DNA of 63,795 bases, counting the filler, from Licmophora abbreviata (lineage: Eukaryota), in the NCBI GenBank assembly GCA_900291995.1. It is 20 parts of 20 records of this genome, joined end to end, with 100 filler letters (N's around TTAATTAATTAA, not from the genome) between each part and the next. Parts side by side here need not be neighbours in the genome. Positions count along the whole stretch, not along the records: positions 25,672 to 42,969 come from OLMU01005672.1; positions 43,070 to 45,012 come from OLMU01005673.1; 18 more parts are not named here. One strand, written 5' to 3'. Of the stretch, positions 32,832-44,524 are shown one piece after another. Numbering within the stretch: the stretch's first letter is position 1; every line of letters begins with the position of its first letter. Below the pieces are notes generated by a model. That model searched no databases and was not told where the DNA came from. It saw nothing but the letters and a program-made list of their open reading frames with translations. The translations under genes were made by a program, and so were the position numbers.

Positions 32832-33758
32832 ATGATGAACCTGATGATACGCCGACGACGGCGACTGAGCCGTTCTCCTTGCCATGGCTTCTTTGGCGAC
32901 TCGCGTCGGCTGCGACATTCATGCGCGACACTGCTACTAATACTTGTGGCCATCCTAGATTTCGTTCAGGCCTTTTCGTGTCTTCGTTCGCGTCGCCTTT
33001 CGGCCAACCTGCTGCTGTGCAAGGCAGCAGCCACTCCTCCTGCTGACACTACGAGCGATGATCCATCCTCCCAACCTTACCCTCAGCTGAACATTGCCTT
33101 TGTCACTGGAAATGCCATGAAGGCACGTGAACTGAATATGATTTTGAACCAGAACGGAGCCACACAAGGCCCGACGAGCGAGACATCTCTTGTCAATTTG
33201 CGCATCCTCACGGTCGATCTTCCTGAAATCCAAGAAGTCAATACAGAGGCCATTGCAAAAGAGAAAGCCATGCTCGGTGCACAACTCGCCGGTGGACCGT
33301 GTGTCGTGGAGGACACCTCACTCAAGTTTCATGCTCTGGGGGGCATGCCAGGTCCTTACATCAAGTGGTTTCAAGACAAACTGGGGTCCGAAGGACTCTA
33401 CAAAATTCTACACGCCTACGAGGACAAGTCTGCCACGGCCGTATGTACTCTTGCCTTTTGCCCTTATCCCCATGCTGATCCAGTACTGTTTACGGGAAAA
33501 ACTCGAGGCACCATTGTCGCACCGCAGGCGGGACGTGGCTTTGGATGGGACGGTATCTTCGTCCCAGAGGACCACGAAGAACCTTTTAGTTGCATGACGA
33601 CTGCGGAAAAGAATGCTCTGTCGCATCGTGGCAAGGCAGTTCGACTGTGGGCTGACTGGTTGGGAAAGAATCAACAGGAACTATGGGAGCGACAGGAAGG
33701 ACGACCGGCGATTGGACACAAGGGATTGGACTTTAAAAGTACGAGTGCGGAGCAATAG
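32832..33758 (+). CDS. ITPA: inosine triphosphate pyrophosphatase (Ham1 family) with N-terminal targeting extension
   Basis: FVTGNAMK, DLPEIQ, VEDTSL, GMPGPYIKWF, FGWD, KNALSHR. Hydrophobic stretch followed by VQA-FS. Confidence 0.9.
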   Translation: MMNLMIRRRRRLSRSPCHGFFGDSRRLRHSCATLLLILVAILDFVQAFSCLRSRRLSANLLLCKAAATPPADTTSDDPSSQPYPQLNIAFVTGNAMKARELNMILNQNGATQGPTSETSLVNLRILTVDLPEIQEVNTEAIAKEKAMLGAQLAGGPCVVEDTSLKFHALGGMPGPYIKWFQDKLGSEGLYKILHAYEDKSATAVCTLAFCPYPHADPVLFTGKTRGTIVAPQAGRGFGWDGIFVPEDHEEPFSCMTTAEKNALSHRGKAVRLWADWLGKNQQELWERQEGRPAIGHKGLDFKSTSAEQ

Positions 33759-34052
33759 ATAGTGGGTATAAGCGTATGAAGGTCTCCACTCTAGCGCAAC
33801 ACTACCACTTGCCCTTGACGGTCTCCAGTCTATCGGGCGAACTTGACTACCAGCTTCTCCTTCAAGGCTCGACTTTTGTCGTGGCAGCTCTAGCCTGTCA
33901 TACGGAAACAGCAGAGCTCGTATGATACCAGAACGTGCAACGCGATGAGAACCCGCGGACAATCCGAAGGGCCCAAAACCGAATTTCAAGAAATTGCACA
34001 TATCTTTGGTGTCATCTCTCCACCGAACGATGTAAGCGCACAGTCCTCGACC

Positions 34053-35690
34053 ATGACACTTCGAAATCACATTTTCAGGCTTCTCCTCTCTCTCTTGTTA
34101 TGTTGCACGGGGACGAAGGCCTTGTCGTCAAGAGAAAGACGACCAGCCAAGCGCGTTGCAGTTATTGGCACCGGAATCGGTGGCTTGTCGGTCGCTCACG
34201 CTCTCACAAATTCTCCCTTGCTGGAAGAAGAGTACGGCTCTTTCAAGTTCGAGGTGTCCATGTTTGAAGCTCGAAAGAAGCTCGATACCAAAGCCGGTGC
34301 TGGAGTCCAGCTTAATGGAGGCTTGGCGGCGCTTGGGAAGATCAATGGCAAGGTCCAGCGCGCGGTGCTGGATGCTGGACTCCCTGTTTCTCAGATCAAG
34401 AGTCGGAGCAAGCCCTGGTCCGACTCGAAACCGTTCGAGGAGTTGTTGCAACTGGACCTTGGGGACATCGTAAACAACGCTGGTGGAGAAGTTTCTCAAA
34501 ACTTGATCCAAGATGGAGAGCTTCTCTGGACTGCCATTATGCGAAGTTCCTTGCAGGAGACGCTTTGGAAGACACTTCCATCTACCACCCGGCGCACTGT
34601 CCAGTTCAACAAGGCTTTGATAGATATAGTGCCACAAGCGGATGGGAGCATATTGTGTGAATTTTCGGATGGAGCGACGGCAGGTCCGTTCGATATTGTC
34701 GTGGGAGCGGATGGGGTCAAGAGTGTATGCAAGGAGTATATTGAAACGGGCAGAATCTCCGCAGACGCGAATGAGGAAACCAAGTCCGCTGCTTTGTACT
34801 CTGGAATACGAATAAGATATGCAGTAGACGATGAATGGACGCCGCTAGACAAGGAGGAGTCAAAGTCAGCGTCTCTAGTACAGTACTTTGGGGATGGAGC
34901 CAACGCGTTGGACGGAACCTACGGAAATGGAGCAGGTCGACCCAGGTCCAAAATCGCTTTCTTCTCGTTTCTTGACAAAGATTACACTGGTCCTTTTCGC
35001 AGGAAAGAAGCTGTTGAATCCGCCAAAGTTGCCGACGAAAACGTGGATTGGCGAGAAGGAGAAAGGCGCAATCGCGAAGCTTCCAGAACGGCCATGATAA
35101 ACGATGTGCAAGAATACAACATACCATCGATGGACATTGACCCAATCGTGAACGCTGCAGATAGATTTTTTGAAGTTGGCATTTACTTTCACAATCCCTT
35201 TAGTCTGGCTGGATGGAGTAAGAAGGTTTCTGGGAAAAATGGCGGGGTGGTTACGCTTTGTGGCGACGCCGCGGTATGTCTTTGGACGGATTGACATGGA
35301 TGTTGTCATTGCAACTGCTGACACAAACTCACACATATATACATGCACTCCTCATTGCAAAAGCATACGATTCCTCCTTTCTTGGGTCAGGGATCCAACC
35401 AAGCCATTCAAGACGCTTACTGCTTGGCCACCAAACTGTACGAATACAACGCCAATATTGCGCAAGGTGTTGATGGCCCGGGTCTGGATAAACTTCTCAA
35501 GGACTACGAAGGAACCAGATGGCTCCATACGTTTGTTATCTTGTTGAATACGTGCTTTCTTGGATACCTCGAGACTGGAGGTGAAAATGGTGTTTACGCC
35601 AAATTTCGGGACTTGTTCTTCAAGACCACGGGACTGATTGGCGTTGCGCAGCGGGTATTGCTCAGCGCGGCCGTTCCCAAGGTGGAGTAG
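34053..35690 (+). CDS. FAD-dependent monooxygenase (zeaxanthin epoxidase/salicylate hydroxylase-like), intron 35274-35363
   Basis: VIGTGIGGL and VVGADG motifs. Splicing restores GDAA|HTIPPFLGQGSNQAIQDA. Signal peptide present. Confidence 0.88.
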
Positions 35691-36050
35691 CTATACTTGT
35701 CTAGCAACCTACAGAACGATTTGCCTGGTACTGACATGGGCCTAGGCGATCACTGAGCTCTAGCTAGAGAACAGCTAGGCTACCGTATTCGTACTGTAAG
35801 CTAATAGCTAGACTACATGTCGTACTTGTACCTGGTAACATGAGCAAGGCTTGTCGACGGTCTGTCTGTCACCATTTGAAAGACGGATCCGAATAAATTG
35901 AAAATGGCCTGTTTTCTGTTCTCTGTTTTTCCGACGATGATGATGCCTGTCACGACAAATCCAAAATACGAACCCGATGAATCTTCGTCTCCCACACTTC
36001 GTCTCTTTTACTATAGCTCTACCATACAGCTTCTTGAACAGTCTGTTAGC

Positions 36051-39000
36051 ATGCGAAGCTGCAGAATCGCGATCCTAGTACTTCTGACAGCTGTCTATGC
36101 CGGTGAGGCCTTCCAATTCCCGACACATCAACGAACTGATGTCTTCGTGTCGTTGCCAACAAGAAAGACCCAACTTGGTGTGGGGAAAGCCATGTACTTT
36201 GCGGACATTGCCCCCTCGGACGAGGAGGCTTCCTCAGGAATACTGGCTGGAAAGTCCCCCAAAGTCGTTAGACTCCGCAAGAAACTGCAGGAGGTCTGGA
36301 ACAGTCCCGAAACCTGGCCTGTGGTGCTTGTCGGACCAAGCGGTTCAGGAAAGAAAGATCTTGCCGAAGAAATATTGAATCGTCTGCCCTCCTCGCAAAC
36401 AGAAAACATCCACAGGTTCGCAATGGATGATGCAGTCAATTATGTCGACACGATGCTTGGGACAGAATCCCAACCTGGACTACTCGATCTCATGTGCGAC
36501 CAAACGAACACCACGTTGGTCCTTACGAGCTTTCAGTCCCGCACTGTCGCAAGCGCCGACGAGTTTGGGCGCCGCCAGGAACTGTACCAGACTATGGTAG
36601 GCATTGTCAAGGATCGAGCCTTTTACAGCCGACACGAGGGCAAAACGAAGTTTTTCGCTCCACGCTTCATCGCGACCTGCAGGGACCCTCCGGACCTTCT
36701 AGACGACATCTCCGAGCTGTTCCTCGTCAAGGTTCCGGCATTGGGTTCTCGCACACAGGACATGGAAGCCATTGCCGTATCCAAAATCAAGCTATTTGAG
36801 AAAAGTCACGGCCTTCAAGACGTGAGACTAAGTTCTCAGGCCACCCATCGGCTCTTGGATCATCGTTGGGAAGTTATGGCAAACGAATTGGACAAAGAGC
36901 TCGACCAAGCACTCGACTTGCTAGCCATCGAAAGGCAACGAGATCCGGGAGCACCGAACATTCTACAATCAAAACACATGCTGGTGAACTCTTTCAATGA
37001 AGCAATGCGTCACCGATTGCTCTATGAGTTTCCAGTTCTACGAAAAGTCATCCGATCGCCGTGGGTCTTTGATCACACGCTCCGCTACATTGTTACGCCC
37101 GCCTTTGTGCTGACGCTCGCTGCCCTGTTCCTCGGTCCCCAAACACGCGATCACAACACAGCGCTAACCTACTTCTGGGCCGGATGGTGGCCCGCCGTCA
37201 TGTTGAGCTACCCATTTCTTGGAAGGATCTGGTGTGCAATTTGTCCCTTCATGGCGGTAGGCAACTTGGCTCAAGAAGCTGTGACTGGACTCGGTGTCGA
37301 ACTGAAGAAATGGCCGAAATGGGTGAAGACAGTGGGCTCGCCATTTGCATTCGGTCTCTTTTGTGCCATATTGATGTGGGAAGAGCTATGGAATCTGCCG
37401 CAGAATGCTACTCTTTCGGCGTATCTATTGTTGTTGATTACAGCGGGAGCCGTGCTCGGTTCCGTACAGTTCGAAAAGCGAATGTGGTGTCGTTACCTCT
37501 GCCCGATTGGAGCTATGTGTCGCGTTTTCGGGACAATATCGCTACTCGAGGTCCGATCGTGGAAGGCCAACTGTGAAGGTTGTACCGATGCGCAATGTCG
37601 CAATGGGAACTCCCCAGCAGTGAGTCCGTCTGATACCTTTGCGATCAAGGGTTGTACGATGGATCTCAAGAACAATCAGCTGCGTGATATGGGAGATGTA
37701 AGAGACGACTCTCTGTGCACCACAATACGTTTTGAAACAATGAAATCTTGCCTCTTATTGCTCACTGAATGCTGCTGTTTCCACAGTGTACTATGTGCAT
37801 GTCTTGCGTCAAGAGCTGCGAGCAAGAAGTACCCGAGCTAAACTCAAGGCCGATAGGGCTCGACTATGGACTGCCGTGGCTCTTGCCCCCCGCACTACAG
37901 AGTCCTGAAAATATGTCTCTGTCACAAGTCGAGACCAACTTTTGGCTGGGGGCCCTCGTGACGACGTTGCAAGGATCCATTTTCGTTCATTATATGCCCA
38001 CACTGCTGTCAGACATTGGCATGAATCCCGTGATTGCCGCTGCCACTCCGGGCCTGAATCTGCCGTTTGTGGCTCATTCTGCCGTAACGGCCGTTCTCTT
38101 GGCTCTCCCCGGTCTGACGAGTTTGGCCGCAGACAAGGCCTCAGTTCCGCTAGAGTTCACGATCACCTCGTTGCGCGCAAAATTGGAACGGATGACGGAT
38201 GCGACTGATCAAATTGTAGTCATGGAGATTTACGACTCCATTATGAACTCAGATAGGTCTCTGCGGGAGACATTGAAGGAATTTGACCCGGATGGTGATG
38301 GTATGATCTCGCGTTGGGAATGCAAGCAGGCGTTGACACGCTTGAAGATTCCGGAGAGCCAGTGCGAGACGCTCACGGGTCTGATGAAGCGACGTTTCGG
38401 TGATGTCGAATCGGTGTCGGTTGAGTCCTGGCTGGACTACTTGCAGGAGCTTTATGTTACGGCGCGTCAGTCTGAGCAGTCTCGTCTGCAAAATATGAGC
38501 AATGAGCTACAATCCAAAAAGACGTTTGTCGAAATTTTCAACGACCTAGACAAGGACAAGGACGGTTTCATATCGGAAGATGAGTTCACTTCCATGCTAA
38601 GCAATCTGAAGACGCCATTGACAACCCAGGAAAAGCACGAACTGTTCGGCAGCGCCGATCGCCAAGGAGACGGGAGTTTGAATCTCTTCGAGTTTATGAG
38701 CACAATGCGGAAGATCGTTCGCGTTGGCATTCAAGAGATAGGATACGGCTACCTCCCGCTCGCGTGGGCATCTCTCACGGCATACTGGGTGGGTCTTGGT
38801 ATGAAAGAGCTCGGGCTATCGCTCGCTCGACTTCCAGACACCTTGTTCATGGACCCTTCCATAAACCTTCCCCACATTGCCGCCAGTACCGATGTCGTAC
38901 ATGCTGTACAAGCTGTTCTGCTCATTGGGGCCCTTCCAATCTCGATCGGTCTAACGCAAAAGCTCTGCGACGACAACAAAATAGGCCGTGTTCGATTCGG

Positions 39001-39073
39001 TCTGCATGCTCTGATTCAAGTGGCCTTTGCCGCAGAGACGTTACACTTGATGCTTTCTTCAGCCCAGGCGTAG
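36051..39073 (+). CDS. plastid-targeted AAA+ (sigma54-activator-like) / membrane 4Fe-4S polyferredoxin / EF-hand protein, intron 37698-37786
   Basis: GEA-FQ presequence; GPSGSGKK; VPALGSRTQDM; GRIWCAICPF; WCRYLCPIG; spliced DCTMCMSCVKSC; EF loops DPDGDGMISRWE, DKDKDGFISEDE, DRQGDGSLNLFE. Confidence 0.8.
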
Positions 39074-39348
39074 AGAAGAAAACAAGCCGTTGTTTTTGAT
39101 GAAGGGGGACCGGATACCCCGTAAGCACACAAGGTCACAACACGCTGAACTGACTTTGAATAATTGCTTGACGTACGCGACTTGAACGTGGCGTTGGGCT
39201 GGGACAGTACCGGAATTGTGTCCCCACAAGACTACGACGAATCCTCACGTTGCATGACGATCTCCCACAAGGTCGACGCAATTCTTACACTCTTTATCAT
39301 TTTCGATGACGATGCGTGCGAATAATCACAGTACTAGCACTATCTACA

Positions 39349-41124
39349 TTACTTGCTTGTAACAGCAAAGCTATGACAACACTCATTCGCTAGACGAACT
39401 GCTGTCGCTCTCCCAAATTCTTCCCATCCCTCGTCATCGTCGTTGGTGCGTGCGTGACATTGCTGCAGTCGGATACAAGTAGTCGGGCATTGTTCCCAAA
39501 TGGCACCCACCAGTGCTGCGACGAGTGGAGGGCACACGGCATTACCCAACATGCGATACTGTTGCTTGAGTCGAGTCGATGGTAGTGTTGCAAAAGCAGA
39601 AGTTGCTGCTGCTGGTTGTACCGGTACGACGTCCGGCAATCGAAACGAAGCAGGAAAACCCATGAGTCGTGCACATTCGCGGGGACTCAACCGCCGTGGA
39701 TTGCTGCTGTTGTTCGAGGTGCATATCATCGAGGAGGCAGATTGTGGCACCAATTGGGAATTTCCCTTGCCGACCGTGACGCCATAGTGCGAGTCGAGAG
39801 TACTGCAAACGACATTGGGCCAGGCGAGATGCGCAGGTTTCCATCGTCGTCGAGAGAGAAGCTGGTCCATTTGACTATCTGTCAGCGTCAACAAACTGAG
39901 TAAACGTGCGGATGCATGACCAATGCCACCCTGGTGATAGTTGATGACATCGCATGCGCGCAGTTGTAAATCGGGAATGTAGGGAAACTGAAAAAGTGCA
40001 GAGGCATCATCATCCTCCTCCTTGCACGCAGCAACAGCGGGGTGATCTCGTCGTTTCCGTTGAAAGCCCACAAAGAGCAATCGCTTGCGTGACTGAGCCG
40101 TGAGACATCTGGCATTGCAAACCTCATACGAAACATTGTACCCGGCATGCGACAAGTCGGACAGTATTGTTTGCATCGCTCGCCCATTGTCGGTGTGCAA
40201 GAGTCCCGGAACATTTTCCAATAGAAAGGCATGCGGCTGACGCAGCTTCAACACACGAACAATTTGTCGATAGAGAAGTCCTCGATCCTCCTCGAGTCCC
40301 TCCTGAGCCCCCAGGGACGAAAATGGCTGACACGGAAAACCGGCCACCAGCAAATCGTGTGTAGGAATGTCGTCGTCTGGTACAGCACAAATGTCGCCAT
40401 GCAGAAGCGGACTATTGCCACTGCTACTTGAAGAAGAAACATTCGTTGCGCTCATGTTGGACTCATAGATACGACGACAATCAGCATCGATTTCGGAAGC
40501 AAAGACACAGCGCCCTCCGAGCGCTTCGAGGGCGATACCAAAGCCTCCGATGCCAGCAAAGAGTTCTGCAAACGTAAACGACGAGGAGGCGTTACTGATT
40601 GCCTCACCGTTGTTTTCATGCTGCCTTCTTCGTCTTCTTTTGCGGCGTTCTGGATGAATCGTGGCGTCTGGCGTCTCGTCTCGTGGAATATTGGCGGCCG
40701 GTGTTGCGGGCTTGAAAATGACCGACACGTCCTCTCGGTTCAGGAGCTCCTGTAGTTCCGAATCCGGCGGCGGGAGTCGTTGGGATACCGCCGATGATAT
40801 GGCTGATGCGACTCCCGGAACACCGTTGCTACTGCGGGAACTCTCTCTTTTCGTTTCATCATCATCTTCCTGACTCATCAGTTCTGCCTCTTCTTCTACA
40901 GCACTGCAAATCTGGCTAATTTCGCTACACTCGCCGCTGCTCAGTAGCAGCGGAATGGCCATGCGTCCATCCTCGTCGTGTCGATGCGTACGAGAGCCAT
41001 ACCGTCCTTCTAAATGCCAGGGACGAGCTACCCAGTGATTCTGGCGCAGTATAGCATAGGCAGACTTTGTCTGACGAGGGGGAACCAGACAAACGAGCTC
41101 CATGTTGCTGTCTGTACACACCAT
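39349..41124 (-). CDS. C5-cytosine DNA methyltransferase (bacterial-like/DNMT6-type)
   Basis: Motif I FAELFAGIGGF, IV AGFPCQPFS, VI LLENV, VIII QSRKR, IX RECARLMGFP, X LGNAV; intronless. Confidence 0.9.
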   Translation of the reverse strand: MVCTDSNMELVCLVPPRQTKSAYAILRQNHWVARPWHLEGRYGSRTHRHDEDGRMAIPLLLSSGECSEISQICSAVEEEAELMSQEDDDETKRESSRSSNGVPGVASAISSAVSQRLPPPDSELQELLNREDVSVIFKPATPAANIPRDETPDATIHPERRKRRRRRQHENNGEAISNASSSFTFAELFAGIGGFGIALEALGGRCVFASEIDADCRRIYESNMSATNVSSSSSSGNSPLLHGDICAVPDDDIPTHDLLVAGFPCQPFSSLGAQEGLEEDRGLLYRQIVRVLKLRQPHAFLLENVPGLLHTDNGRAMQTILSDLSHAGYNVSYEVCNARCLTAQSRKRLLFVGFQRKRRDHPAVAACKEEDDDASALFQFPYIPDLQLRACDVINYHQGGIGHASARLLSLLTLTDSQMDQLLSRRRWKPAHLAWPNVVCSTLDSHYGVTVGKGNSQLVPQSASSMICTSNNSSNPRRLSPRECARLMGFPASFRLPDVVPVQPAAATSAFATLPSTRLKQQYRMLGNAVCPPLVAALVGAIWEQCPTTCIRLQQCHARTNDDDEGWEEFGRATAVRLANECCHSFAVTSK

Positions 41125-41398
41125 GGTGAAACTTGAAACTTGAAATTGATTTTGAGAATTGAGAATTGGGATGATGGTTTAGTCCAAGTAGTCATACAAC
41201 CTGCAGCGGGTTCAGTGCGAAGGCAACGCGAGGATGTGCATGGCGAGGAACGCCAAAAGGAAAGTTCCAATCTGAAAGACACTGGAGGCAGGACGGTCGG
41301 ATCGACACTCGAATCCATTCGTTTCCATGGTTTTACAGTACACACGGCAGGATGCGAAAGCAACAAGATGCTGCCAGTTAACTCTAGAGCTTTCAAGG

Positions 41399-43747
41399 CT
41401 AGTAGCTGTCTAGAGAGCTTCTGTTAGAAGGTTCAGCAGTGACATGGTCAACCAGAATTTTGAGAAACCTCTCGTCTCCTAGAATTTCCCGGTGATCCGC
41501 ATGTGGCAGCTCATGCACCTGCACATTACACTCCTCGCTCTGCCACTTTCGACATTGCTGAAGGCTGAAGTATGGCACTGTACCGTCACCGGAACGTAGA
41601 ACAGGTTCGTCTTTCTCGTGCACAAGTTGTGGTGATTGATCCGTCTCCAAGATGGAACCATCCTTCATTTGAAAATTGGTGTGGCGCCGGTCGAGCCGAG
41701 CATCAATGTCCATCTCGTGCAAACATTTCTTCTTGTTCTTCTCTTGGACAATCGTTCGTCTACGGTACACGGCAGCAACCTCGGTAGGCAAGTCAATTCC
41801 ATAGACCGCTTTGACCTGTTTGACAGGCGGATCTCCTTCCGAACTCAGCGTCTGGGGACCAAGCGGGTCATTTTCGTAATAATTGTTCATGAGATCACGC
41901 GACCGACTGATCCACTCACTACGAAACAGCTGAACGCCACTCACAGCTTCGTATTGGACAGCTTCGCCTCCATGCCTGTTGCGAATATCCAGAGTGGGGG
42001 CATCTTCGGAAGGCGATCCAACACGAATGTCCGTAATCGCGTCCGTGTCGACATCGTGCGCAGGCGGCTTCCATTCCAGTCGTACCTTGACTGGAATGGA
42101 ACTCGTCTCTCCCATTACAATATCTATTTTCGGCTTTCCTGCCTTGTAGTCTCTCCCAAGCTTTCGGATATCTCCAAAGCGAAGCTGCAAGGAGCACTCC
42201 GCGGGATCATTCGCTGACAGCTCGATATCTAATAGAGATTTTTCTTCACTGTCGGCAAGTAGGGCTGCTGAGCCCAGGGCTGTGGTTACGACTTGCCCAG
42301 CTGCCACCGCAGCACCCTGTACCGCACCACTGACTGTAGGGCGGCTATTCAAAAATCCAATCCTTCTCCAATATTCTACCGGGCAAAGAAGGTCCACAGC
42401 CGACTTGATTCGGTTTGAGATCCACGTGCACAGATTAGACCGACAGTAAGAGTTTCTCACCCGGAAGCCGGGCTCGTACAGACTGATACGTAGGGTCTTC
42501 CGGATTGCCGTCTCCAGCTCAGCCGGAGTTGCAAACGTAAATGTCTCCGAGAAGCTCACCAGGAACTGGTCTTCTCCGGCAAGACTATTCTTTTCGTCTG
42601 TTGGCACATGAAATCTCGAATGCAAAATCTCATCACCATACTTGACCGCCAGTTTCAGTCGCGTTGGCTTGTTACGTCGATGGCTGCCCAAGACTTGCAG
42701 CCCACAGTCAAAGGGCAAAACGGTCACATGCAAGACTCCCTCTCTTCGTAGATACGCAATAGGCCCCAATCCATTCGGCAACATGCGAGGATACATCCAA
42801 GGAAGGCTCCCCCACGTTCTCGCCAGAATCAAAGCTTCCTCTTCGCTCAAGAATGCCTCCAGCCCCATTCGATCTCCAATAACGGTACCTCGCACTGACT
42901 TTGGCGCTCCGACATGCGGTGCTCCCACGACAAAGTATGTGTGCACATGCTGGTCCAACCACGCTTGTCNNNNNNNNNNNNNNNNNNNNNNNNNNNNNNN
43001 NNNNNNNNNNNNNTTAATTAATTAANNNNNNNNNNNNNNNNNNNNNNNNNNNNNNNNNNNNNNNNNNNNGTTCTGTCATTGTCTTGATACATGCGTTCTA
43101 CCTGTTGTATGGTCTTGGTAAAGTATTGATCTCGAGTTTCCAGCACACAGGGCGGTACTCTCCAATCGTAGGGTGCCGCATCCAAATCGTATCCCTCCAC
43201 GTACCCCACTTGCCGCAATGCTGCAATCACATTACTGAAGACCCACGAGGCATTCTTGGCAATCCCATGTTCGACCAAATAATCCACCGCCTGAATTCCT
43301 TTCGTCGGTCGAATTTGTATATCTGGCGGATCACTGACTAAATCCACCTCGCTCAAAATCAAGCTGCAGCCACTTGCTCTTGCACTGATACTCGTCCATA
43401 TACTCTTGATGCAGCTCTTCGTTGTAGTTTTCGCCCAGCTCGTACTTTTCTTCGTTGGCCTTGAGGGCACCGCCAAAGTACAATTTCCCAAATCCGGCGC
43501 TCGAAATGTTGAGCCAAATGCGACGTGCACGAGAAGAAGACGACGACGACGTAGAGGTATTGTAGACGGGAGACTGTTTGACTTCGAGTGCGGAGGACAT
43601 GAATCCGGGAAAAATGAGGACAGGAAGTCGTAGGCGAGTGCTGTGTTGCTTATTTTGGTGTGAATGTTTGGTAGCTGCACCGTTGTTTCGGGGAACAGTG
43701 CCATTGCTGGCAGGCTTCTGCGGTTTCTTTCCGAAAAACGCATTCAT
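41399..43747 (-). CDS. LCAT/PDAT-family acyltransferase (split by spacer 42970-43069; frameshift at about 43363)
   Basis: VLIFPGFMSSAL, PYDWR, GAPHVGAPK, GDGTVP, ADHREIL. The catalytic Ser motif is expected within the gap. Confidence 0.8.
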
Positions 43748-44524
43748 CGTCGCTTCCTACACCAGAGGGTTCTATAGCTCATTGTCGTTTCCCCTCCCTC
43801 TCTTTAAAATAAATCAAGTGCTACAGACCCATGGTGCTGTGGTTTATTTACCATGTACCGGTATCGTACGATGAGCCCATCGTCATCAGATTGCGACATT
43901 TTTTTGCAACGGTCCACCGAAAAAATCCAAACACGAGCTTTTGGGAGCATATGGCCGAAGAAGGACCTCGTAGACCTTCGATGTGCCACGTACCATGACG
44001 TCTCGTCTTCCCATTCGTGCGTTTGTTCACAGCGGTCTGACGTTGGTTTTCAAAGAGACAAGTTCGTTACTCTGCCATCGGCAGAGCTACGAACAAACGA
44101 ATCTATGCAGACTCTGACTGGATTGGCGATTGAGCTTGAACGATCTTTGCTTGACCGTTTGTAGTCTAACGACCGATTGTGTTTGGCTAACCTACAGCAG
44201 CCGTCACTGGCTCTAGAGCTAGAGAGAAAACGTGCCAAGTATGATACGAGTACCGGCAGCGCTGTAGGCCTACATCATAGTACCTTATCTCAGGAGTGCC
44301 TTCTCTTCAGAGCTATTCTATGAGTCTATGTCCATAATCAAGTACAGTAGAGCGCGTTTGTTGTGTTGCCGGGTGGTTATGTATATGTATCTTAGTTCAA
44401 TATTTTTTTAGTCAAATTGTTTGTTTCCCTGTTTCGCTCACGTACGTTTCCTCCCGCAACACATGTGGAGTTTCAATCTAGTTATCCAAATTGCGGCAGA
44501 AGTCCTTGCCACTCGCCCCGGTGC

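Noticed and set aside
39349..41124. Restriction-modification system
   Set aside because: No cognate endonuclease; the neighbours are eukaryotic genes.
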